NCBI GenBank assembly: GCA_964645045.1 | Contig: CAZXYZ010000009.1 | Span: 1 to 27,196, forward strand | From: an uncultured Pirellulaceae bacterium | Lineage (GTDB): Bacteria; Planctomycetota; Planctomycetia; Pirellulales; Pirellulaceae | Direction of reading: 5' to 3' | DNA: 27,196 nt | Shown here: in pieces, positions 16,828 to 24,800 of the stretch | Position numbering within the stretch: the first letter of the stretch is position 1 | Layout: every line of letters starts with the position of its first letter | Program-made: the position numbers and the translations under genes | The notes under the pieces: generated by a model | Seen by the model: only the letters and a program-made list of their open reading frames with translations | Database searches by the model: none | Told to the model about the DNA's origin: nothing

Positions 16828-17724
16828 ATGAGAAAGGGATTTCTACTGTCGGCCTTGTTGATGCCGTTGTTGATCGCAGGGACTGTCCGCGCGGGAGACA
16901 CGGACAAGTGCGAGGACCTGTCGTGCAGCGATTGCCCGACGAATAACTTCTATGCCGGGTTTGATCTTGCCGTGTTGAAGCCGCACATGGGGACGCTCGG
17001 CGCGGAGTTCTTCGGACACCCGGCGGTCGACCTCACGCCCAGTTTCGACTACGAGGCGTCACCACGCATCTGGTTAGGCTGGGACAATGCCGAAGGTGTG
17101 GGCGTGCGAGCCCGGTACTGGACCTTCGAATCGGACGCCACGCTGGCGTTTCCGCAGGATCCTGCTCACGGCTTCTTTGGTCCGGTGTTGGGCACTGCGT
17201 CGTGGCTGAACGCTGATACACTCGATTTCGAGGCCACTATGCGTGGCTGCCTGGGACAACTGGAGTTCCAACTGGCCGGCGGTTTCCGCTATGCCACGAT
17301 CGAGACCGGGGTGGGCGTTTATGGCGATTTCAGCCAAAACCAGCCGACCCTTGGCGGCATCGGCATGGATTTCGAGGGCATCGGCCCGACGATCGCGGCC
17401 AATGTCGTCCGGCCGATCGGCTCCCGCGGACTGGCTTTGGTCGGCAGCGCCCGGTCCTCCTGGATGTACGGCACGACCGACGTCTTTCCGGTCGGCGAGT
17501 TGCAAGGAGTACTCCCGGTGGCCGCCTACGTTGACGACCACATGATGCAGATCAATGAAGTGAGCCTGGGCGTCCAATGGTCGCGTTGCCTGGCTCGTGG
17601 CGGCCAAATCTCGGTGGCCGCTGTGTGGGAAGCCCAGGCTTGGGAATGGGCGCCGGTCGTCGGCCTGATCCATCAGGACATCGGCCTGTCCGGCCCGACG
17701 TTCTCCTTCACCTACATGCGCTAG
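16828..17724 (+). CDS. Putative outer-membrane beta-barrel protein (planctomycete BBP7 / Lpg1974-like porin family) with a signal peptide.
   Basis: RBS AAGGAGA. Signal peptide MRKGFLLSALLMPLLIAGTVRA. Alternating amphipathic beta-strand pattern with aromatic girdle residues throughout (RARYWTFESDA, GGFRYATIETGVGVYGDF, GPTFSFTYMR at the C-terminus). Followed by a terminator. Confidence 0.7.
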   Translation: MRKGFLLSALLMPLLIAGTVRAGDTDKCEDLSCSDCPTNNFYAGFDLAVLKPHMGTLGAEFFGHPAVDLTPSFDYEASPRIWLGWDNAEGVGVRARYWTFESDATLAFPQDPAHGFFGPVLGTASWLNADTLDFEATMRGCLGQLEFQLAGGFRYATIETGVGVYGDFSQNQPTLGGIGMDFEGIGPTIAANVVRPIGSRGLALVGSARSSWMYGTTDVFPVGELQGVLPVAAYVDDHMMQINEVSLGVQWSRCLARGGQISVAAVWEAQAWEWAPVVGLIHQDIGLSGPTFSFTYMR

Positions 17725-17755
17725 TCCCCCGCGTAGGTAGTTCTCCGATTCGAGA

Positions 17756-17800
17756 GGCCGACCCCAAGCCAGAGGGCGGGGGCCGGCCTTTTTTCGTTTT
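17756..17800 (+). terminator. Rho-independent terminator after the BBP7 gene.
   Basis: GGCCGACCCC (17756-17765) pairs with GGGGCCGGCC (17779-17788) for 10 bp with one mismatch and a 13-nt loop. TTTTTTCGTTTTCTT follows. Confidence 0.55.
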
Positions 17801-17868
17801 CTTGGCGGTGGCGCGCAGACGCGGCCTTTCCGGCGAATGTACACTGACGCACAAGGTTGCGAATTCCC

Positions 17869-17917
17869 GTAGGACGGAATGCCGTTCCGTCCGGAACGGT
17901 TTGGCAAACCGTCCTAC
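17869..17917. promoter_or_regulatory. Nested dyad-symmetry element upstream of the sulfatase remnant.
   Basis: The outer GTAGGACGG pairs with CCGTCCTAC. The inner CCGTTCCG-tc-CGGAACGG overlaps the 17-nt palindrome ACGGTTTGgCAAACCGT. The element is about 75 nt upstream of ATG 17992. Confidence 0.3.
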
Positions 17918-17991
17918 ATGGAAACGTATGACGCGGCACTCCGTGGTCACGCCGCGTGCCGCCTGCAGGAATCTGATTGGGAGCATGAATC

Positions 17992-18986
17992 ATGCCGCGC
18001 GCCGGCCAACTTGCGATCACCCTGCTCGTTTGGATGCCCCTCGCGGAATTCACCGGGGTCGCCCCGGCCCGCGAGAACCCGCCGAAACCCCACGTCCTGC
18101 TGATCATGACGGACGACCAGGGCTACGGCGATTTCAGCTTGCATGGAAATCCCTACGTGCAGACACCCCACATCGACACCCTGGCCCGAGCCGGTGCGCA
18201 GTTCGGGCGGTTCTACGTCAATTCGTTTTGCTCGCCCACGCGCGCGGCCTTGCTGACGGGCCGCTACCCGTTGCGGTGCGGCGTTTGGGGAGTGACGCAC
18301 AGCAAGGAGACGATGCGGTTGGATGAGGTCACCCTGGCCGAAGGATTGCGGTCCGGCGGCTACCGCACCGCGTGCATCGGCAAATGGCACAACGGCGAAC
18401 AGTACCCCTACACACCGCCCGGGCAGGGTTTCGTCGAGTTCTTTGGTTTCCACAACGGCCACATCAACAATTACTTCGACGCCGAGCTGATTCGCGGCGC
18501 TCTGGGACCGGTTCCGACGCGCGGCTACGCTGCGCCGAGGAAAACCCGGTGATCTTGCACGCACCGCAGGCATTCTTCAGCGGCAGTCCGCGGTTCTTCG
18601 CCGGCCCCGGTTTCGCGCACGACTGGCTCACCGGCTGGACCGACGCCGCGTCCAAGATCTGGTTCGAGATGGACGTCGTTCGGCCGGGCGATTATGCCGT
18701 CGAGTTGCGGTACGCTTGTCCGGCGGCCGACGCCGGTGCGGAGATTTCTATCACCGCCGGGGATGCAAGACTGGAGGCCACGGTTCCCGCCGCCGAAGCG
18801 CCCGTGATTCCCTTGGCCCATCGCGACCAGACCGGTCGCGGGAAATACGTGAATCGCCAATGGGGTTCGCTCCCCCTGGGTCGATTGCCCCTCCCCGCCG
18901 GCCGCAACACGATGACGATCCAGGCCCAGACCTGTCCCGGCCAGCAAGTGCCGGAGTTGAAGGAAATCGTGCTGCGGCGGGAGTAG
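17992..18986 (+). pseudogene. Arylsulfatase remnant: the N-terminal sulfatase domain (with the formylglycine CxPxR site) is joined out of frame to a C-terminal beta-sandwich-like domain, and the catalytic core is missing.
   Basis: Frame 1 (17992-18552) gives LLIMTDDQGYGDF...CSPTRAALLTGRYP...GKWHNG, which is the sulfatase signature, then stops. A different frame continues from about 18545 to 18986 (ENPVILHAPQAFF...ELRYACPAADAGAEISITAGDARLEA...). The total of about 330 codons compares with about 450-500 for intact sulfatases. The central PFFLY / GKG..YEGG region is absent. Confidence 0.5.
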
Positions 18987-19121
18987 CAAGGCGGGGCAGG
19001 GTGCGCCCCGTGGCAGCATGAGACCCAGAGCGGAATTCGCAAGAATTCACTGGATTCTTTCGCCGAATGGACGCAAGGTAATGCCGAAATACCAGGCAAT
19101 TCGAACCGGCGTTGACCACCG

Positions 19122-19150
19122 TTTTAACTTTGCCGGCAACGGCTTATAAT
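19122..19150 (+). promoter_or_regulatory. Promoter/operator of the parDE-like module: a perfect -10 TATAAT (19145-19150) with the 10-bp palindrome TTGCCGGCAA (19130-19139) in the spacer.
   Basis: TATAAT lies about 52 nt upstream of the antitoxin ATG. A weak -35 (TTTTAA, 17-nt spacing) is present. The palindrome position is typical of antitoxin-autoregulated TA promoters. Confidence 0.35.
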
Positions 19151-19202
19151 GCTCTTACGTTCGGGACGGGGTGTTTGTCCTCGTGTCATGTGGAGATTAC
19201 CA

Positions 19203-19457
19203 ATGGCCGCCGATGCTTTTGTCAACGAAATCCAAGCTTTCTATGAGTTCTTGGGCCGGCGGATGGATGATCCGACAATCACGCCGGAACAAAGCGTGCG
19301 GGAATTTCGCGCCTATCAGGAGGAGTTGCGAAGTGCTCAAGCCGAACTGCGAGAGTCACACGAGGAGTATCGCCGGGGAAGGGGCAAGCCGCTGGACGTC
19401 GATGCGTTGATGGAAAGGGTGCGAACTCGTACGGCCCTGCACGGGAGCACCCCGTAA
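19203..19457 (+). CDS. parD: ParD-like antitoxin (84 aa).
   Basis: Start at ATG 19203 with GGAGA 7 nt upstream. The C-terminal segment RGRGKPLDVDALMERVRTRTAL resembles the ParD C-terminus (GRPEPVDFDALRKEAR). Its stop overlaps the toxin start (TAATG). Confidence 0.6.
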   Translation: MAADAFVNEIQAFYEFLGRRMDDPTITPEQSVREFRAYQEELRSAQAELRESHEEYRRGRGKPLDVDALMERVRTRTALHGSTP

Positions 19458-19762
19458 TGCCTCGGATACTCTGGACGCCGCGGGCGGAACGGCACCTCGA
19501 AGACATCGCTTGTACCATCGCGGTGGACGATGCCCGTCCGCTCACCGCAGAGAGAATCGTACGGGAGATCCACAAGAAGTGCGACCTGTACGCCACAAAT
19601 CCGCTGCTCGGTGCGGCTCGTCCGGAGTTGGGAGCGACCTACCGAGCGTTTCGCCACAAGCGTTGGATCATCATTTACTATCCGCTGGACGATGATATTG
19701 TCGTCGAAGCGGTCTTCGATGCGGCCAGGGATTACCCGAGACTGTTTCGGCGGTGGGAGTAG
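19457..19762 (+). CDS. parE: ParE/RelE-family toxin (101 aa).
   Basis: The pattern ILWTPRAERHLEDI...YRAFRHKRWIIIYYPLDDDIVVEAVFDAARDYPRLF matches the ParE/RelE pattern (N-terminal I.WT..A..DL..I, central YR....Y.I.Y, C-terminal basic tail). Translationally coupled to the upstream antitoxin. Confidence 0.75.
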   Translation: MPRILWTPRAERHLEDIACTIAVDDARPLTAERIVREIHKKCDLYATNPLLGAARPELGATYRAFRHKRWIIIYYPLDDDIVVEAVFDAARDYPRLFRRWE

Positions 19763-19864
19763 CGCTCCCGACGTCCTGCTCGACCGGTTCGGTTTGGAAA
19801 CCACATGATTCCGTTTCGGCCCGAACCTCCTTAGAGATTTCGCGTCCTTGTAAGACATTCCCGG

Positions 19865-19936
19865 GACGCTGGAGCCGGACGGCTAGGCGGCCGCCTGCAG
19901 AGCGGCTTCAAGTGGGTTCGACTCCCACCGGCGTTT
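19865..19936 (+). tRNA. tRNA-Cys (anticodon GCA).
   Basis: Hand-folded. Acceptor GACGCUG / CGGCGUU (with G-U pairs). Anticodon stem GCCGC/GCGGC with loop CUGCAGA (U33, GCA at 34-36). T-arm GUGGG-UUCGACU-CCCAC. Discriminator U73 (a Cys identity element). 3-bp D stem. G8 instead of U8 is atypical. No encoded CCA. Confidence 0.6.
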
Positions 19937-20069
19937 CCTTTTTCGGAGCCAAGTGCCAATGCAAGCAGCGTTCGATGCCGTCTGCGCCAGCGGCGTACGG
20001 GGCGAGCCCGATTCGGGTGTTCGCCCGGTGCGTTCCGGACATGGGTTCTGACAAGGCGGCGTTGAGTGA

Positions 20070-20142
20070 ATGTGGTTAGCTCAATGGGGAGAGCACCGGA
20101 CCATTAACCCGGGTGTCGCGGGTTCGACTCCCGCACCACTGT
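20070..20142 (+). tRNA. tRNA-like sequence, probably a degenerate or pseudo-tRNA. The D- and T-arms are good, the acceptor has two top mismatches, and the anticodon loop is CCAUUAA (no U33; A34).
   Basis: D-arm GCUC-AAUGGGGA-GAGC and T-arm GCGGG-UUCGACU-CCCGC are canonical. Acceptor pairs 3-7 are fine, but 1-72 (A.G) and 2-71 (U.U) are unpaired. The anticodon stem is CCGGA/CCCGG with an A.C at 31-39. The loop resembles the tRNA-Asn loop CUGUUAA with U33C and G34A. Confidence 0.4.
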
Positions 20143-20572
20143 GACAGGCTAAACCCCTGTTCCAACCAGGCGTGCAAACGCCACCATGAAGCCCGAGGGA
20201 GACGGTCGTCCGTTCGGTCGGCCGCCGTGGGCCGATTGCGGTCGCCAAGTGATTTTCCCGCCCCGGCCTCGCGGCTGGCCGGGAAAGGAACGCGGCGGCG
20301 GTGACGGCTGACGGCGGCGGCACCTGACAGCGCCCTGTAGTGTGTGGATACCGCCGCTGGCGGCTCTCGGTCGTCGCCGGCCAAGGTGGCTCGAGTGCGG
20401 CAGCCGGCTTCGGCCGGACGCCGGCTCAACTGCCACGGCCCGCCGGCGCCGAAGGCCGGGGCGGCTCAAGCGGCACTCCGCGCTGGGCGGTGTGATCGGC
20501 GCACGCACCGTCGCCCAACGGCGTGACAACAACCAGGAAGTTTGGTTTGCTCCACGAGGAGGAGCCGCAACG

Positions 20573-21676
20573 ATGTTCTTGAACCGATACAAAATCCGCA
20601 GCTACGAGATGGGCCTGTACTTCCGCGACCGCGAGTTCCGGGGCGTGCTGGATGCCGGCACGCACTGGATCCTGGACCCGCTGGGCCGCGTCCGCGTGGA
20701 CGTCGTCTCGCGCCGCGATCCGTGGCTGGTGCATGACAAGCTGGACTTGATCGTCAAATCCGGCGCGCTTCGGGACCGCGCCGTGGTCGTGGACCTGAAG
20801 GACCAGCAGCGCGGTTTAATCTGGATCGACGGCCGTTTCAGCCACATCCTGCTGCCGGGCTTGTACGCTTTCTGGGCGGGCCAGAAAGACGTCCGGGTCG
20901 AAGTGATCGACGCGCGTCAGGTGCGGTTCGAGCATGCCGACTTGAAGGTCATCACTCGGTCGCGCACGGCAGCCCAGGCGCTGGATATCTGCACGGTCGA
21001 ACGCGACCGGCTGGGCGTGCTGTTCCAGGACGGCGCCTACGTGCAGACGTTGCCGCCGGGCCTGTACGCATTCTGGAAAGGCGCGGCGGACGCCCGGGTG
21101 GTCGACGTCGACTTGCGGGAAACGACGGCCGACATCAGCGGTCAGGAAATCATGACCGCCGACAAGGTCACGCTGCGTCTGAACGCTGCGGTCACGTACC
21201 GCATCGCCGATCCGCGCAAGGCGGTCAGCGGCACGGACGACGTGCGTCAGGCCCTGTACCGCGAAGCGCAATTAGCGCTGCGGGCCACGATCGGCGGGCG
21301 CGAGCTGGATGCGTTCTTGGCGGACAAGGACCAAGTTAGCCGGGAGATTGAACAGGCCCTGCGCGGCCGAGCGGGCGAGTTGGGACTGGCGATCGCCTCG
21401 GTCGGAATCCGCGACGTGATCCTGCCGGGCGAGATGAAGGACCTGATGAACAAGGTGACCGAGGCCAAGAAAGCGGCCGAGGCCAACTTGATCAGCCGCC
21501 GTGAGGAAACGGCGGCCATGCGCAGCCAAGCCAACACGGCCAAGCTGTTGCAGGACAGCCCGACCCTGATGCGGTTGCGGGAACTGGAGGTCCTGGAACG
21601 GATCGCCCTGGCCGGCAAGCTGAACGTTGTGCTCGGCGAAAAAGGCTTGGCCGACCGGGTTGTCAACCTGCTGTAG
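20573..21676 (+). CDS. SPFH/band-7 (stomatin/flotillin-like) domain protein with an internally duplicated N-terminal region.
   Basis: Start at the internal ATG 20573 with GAGGAGGAG 8 nt upstream. The upstream 77 codons of the track ORF are R/P-rich. The SPFH core is GQEIMTADKVTLRLNAAVTYRIADP...LAIASVGIRDVILPGEMKD, followed by a C-terminal coiled-coil (KVTEAKKAAEANLISRREETAAMRSQANTAKLL). The N-terminal repeats are LLPGLYAFWAGQKDVRVEVIDAR and LPPGLYAFWKGAADARVVDVDLR. Confidence 0.85.
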   Translation: MFLNRYKIRSYEMGLYFRDREFRGVLDAGTHWILDPLGRVRVDVVSRRDPWLVHDKLDLIVKSGALRDRAVVVDLKDQQRGLIWIDGRFSHILLPGLYAFWAGQKDVRVEVIDARQVRFEHADLKVITRSRTAAQALDICTVERDRLGVLFQDGAYVQTLPPGLYAFWKGAADARVVDVDLRETTADISGQEIMTADKVTLRLNAAVTYRIADPRKAVSGTDDVRQALYREAQLALRATIGGRELDAFLADKDQVSREIEQALRGRAGELGLAIASVGIRDVILPGEMKDLMNKVTEAKKAAEANLISRREETAAMRSQANTAKLLQDSPTLMRLRELEVLERIALAGKLNVVLGEKGLADRVVNLL

Positions 21677-21809
21677 CCGGTATCCCGTACGGCAGGTTCT
21701 GCTGTGTCGAACGGTCTGGATGGAAATCTCGACGAACTGTGGCGTGCGAACCCGACTAACGCGGCCGGCAGCGTGAAGCCTTCGACGTGCTGATCCGGAA
21801 TGCCTCGAA

Positions 21810-24800
21810 CTACCTCGCGATCAGGTTCACCGCGTGGACCGTGCGGGTCCGTTCTTCGAGGTCGCCGGGCAGCGAACCTTTGAACCAGGCTTTGGCGCGG
21901 TAGCGGAACTCGTAGCCGTTAGGCAACAGCTTCAGCGGCGGGTACAGGGCGGCCTGGGCGCCCGGAGCCAACGGCGCTGTGTGCGGGTTTTCGTGACAGC
22001 CCGCACAGGACTTGGCTTCACCCGGCCGGACGTTGATCCAGGTCAATTGGTTGCCCACGACGCGGCGGTCACTGTCCAGCACTTGGAAATGCACTAACCG
22101 GTCGGCGGGCAACTCGACGCTGAACGAACCATCGGGCAGCAGCGGCGCGGTGCCCAGCACCCGGGCCAAAGTGCCGCCGTGGTTCCGCCAGACGACGTCG
22201 GGGCCGGTGTGCGTCTCGTGCCGGCCCACGACCGGCGTGCCTTCGACCAGCCGCACCCAGCGGCCCCGCTGAGGAACCTGCGGCTCTTGCGTGTTGTAGA
22301 CCGAGGCACACACCAGGCGGCCGGTGTAGCCGCTGCGGCGGGCGAGCAGGGGTTGAGTTGGGGGAGGCTGGCGCGCCACGAGCGGCCGCGGTTCGTAGTC
22401 CGCGGTGCGAGGGTCGTTGTAAATCAGCTCCAACTGTCCGGTCGCCGGATAGAACCGATACAAGCCCAAGTCGACCTGCGCGCGGTCCGGCGTTTTGGCG
22501 GTCGATGCACACAGGATCGAGCCGTCGGCCAGCGGCAGCGGCGTCGTGTAAGCACGGGTCTTGAAATCGGGCATCAGCAGCGTTTCGCAGTCGCGCCGGC
22601 CGCCCACCAGCGTCAATCCGCCTTGCGTCGAGACGACGATCTGCCGGCCATCCGGCATCGGCTGCGGTTGCGTCATCCGCAGCACGCGGTGGGTCAAGGG
22701 CGCCTCTTGCCCATCGTCGGGGCCGGGAGCGCCATGGTCCAGACTCCGCCAGAACAAGCGCCGCTCGGGGCCATACAACACCGCGTCCATCGTTCCATCG
22801 GCGTGGACGGCGTGCAGCGTCAATTCGGTCTTGTTTCGCGAATAGAAAACTTCCAAGCGGCTGAACGCGATCCGTCCATCGGGCAGCAGGGCCGGTTCGT
22901 TGTCGCGGCCGATGTTGGTCGCGATCGTGTGGATGTCACTGCCATCGGCATTCATCACGTGCAGCGAAGTGCAGGGGTAACCGTGATATTCGTCGCGGAT
23001 GCCCACGCGGCTGCAACCAAACACGATCCGGCCGTCGGGCAGGAACGCCGGCTGGATGTGGTGATAGGGGCCAAACGTCAATTGCTCCAGTCCGCTGCCA
23101 TCGGCGCCGATCCGCCAGACATGCCACCACGGATCGTTCTGTTCGCGCCGGGTGAAGATGACCTGCCGTCCGTCCCAGGAGATCTCGGGCGAGGCGACGT
23201 AACCGTCCGGAAAGCTCGTGAGCGGCGTGACTTGGCCGTCGGGCCGAGGCGGGTTGAGGCGGTAAAGATTGTTGCCCGGCCGATATTCGGGGCCGGAGTC
23301 GGTCACGACGTAGGTCTGCCGCCAGCGGTCGGCTTGTTCCACGGTGCCCAGCGTGTTGGGAATGTTGTTGTCGCCCTGGACGAAGACCAACGCGTCGAAA
23401 TCGGCCCGCGGCCAAAAACCGGGGGCGGGAACTTCGCTCGGCGCAGGTCTCCCCTCCGCGCTCGGCGCAGGTCTCCTGACCTCGCCGAAACCGCCGACCG
23501 CAGGTCTCCCGGATTCCGGAGACCTAGCGGTCGCGCTTGGTGCGGGGTCGGGAGACCCGCGCACAACCGGCAGATGCCCAGCGGCCTCCATCCGTACCTC
23601 CCGACGTTCCAATGCATCGCGGGCCACGTTGCGGACGCTCAGGAACGGATGCCGCAGGGCCGCTTCCTGGAGCGCCGCCAGCGCCGCAGGGTCGCCCAAT
23701 TCGTCCAGTGCTTGCGCCGCGGCGTGCCGCACTTCCAGCACGGACCGTTCGTCGTTCAGCACGGCGACGATCTGCGGTGTGTGCTCGACAGCGTCCAATT
23801 GTCCCAGAGCACGGACAATCGCCTCGCGCCAGCGCGGGCAGGGATCGTTGTACTCCTCATCCTTGAAGCGTCCGCTGTAGCCAAAATCGGCTTCGGCTCT
23901 GGACTCGGCCAGCGTTCTCGCCAGCGGCCCGATTGCGCGCCGGTCCCCGATCCAAGCCAGCGCCTTGGCAGCGTAGATCCGCACCCAGCCGCTGTCGTGT
24001 TGGAGCAGGGCGGCCAGGCGTGGCAGATCGTCGTTGGCGTCTTCGCCGCACAGCGCCGGCAGCCAGGTCGCGATTCGGCGTGGCGGAAACACGGGCCACA
24101 TTTCCGCGTCGGAGACCGCTGCTGCGGCACGCGGTTGGCCAAGCCGCTCGAACGCATGTTCGAGGGCGTCGCGGCGGACTCCGGCTTGCTCGACCAGGTG
24201 GCGTGTCAGCCGGTGGTACACTTCCGGCTCGTACACGACGTAGCTGTCAAAATCGCTCGGCAAGTTGGCCATGATCTGCGGCGCAAGCTGGCGGAGCGTC
24301 GGCTGGTCCTCCGCCGCGTCCAACGGCAACCGGCACAGCGCCATGGCGATCGAGTAGGGAGTCTCCAGCATGCGATCCTCGCTGGGAAAGCCCATCCGGT
24401 CGTCGGCCGGGACATCCGGCGGGTCGGTGCCGTCCAACCGTCTGGCGTAGCGGGCGTAAGCGGCCAGCAGGTGCGGCACGGCACGACGGTCGCCGTACTC
24501 GCCCAACGCATCGGCCGCGTTCCGGGCCCACAGCGGCCGGTCGAGCAAGGTCAGCAGTTTCTGGAAGCCTGCCTCATCCCGCAGCCGTCCCAGCGCGCGG
24601 ATCGCGGTCCGCACGGCCACGCGGTCCCGTGGCACCGCCGAAGGCTCCGGCTCCAACAGGTTCAGCACGGCAGCTGCCGCACCGATTCCGCCCAGCGCGC
24701 CCAGCGCCCGGGCGCCGCGTTCTTCGCGCCATGCCCGTTCATCCGCGGGCGCGGCTGCGATCGTCAATTCGGCACCGGGTGCGTACACCTCGATTTCATA

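Noticed and set aside
20342-20572. 77-codon N-terminal extension of the SPFH ORF
   Set aside because: It is R/P/G-rich with no RBS. The ATG at 20573 has GAGGAGGAG 8 nt upstream.
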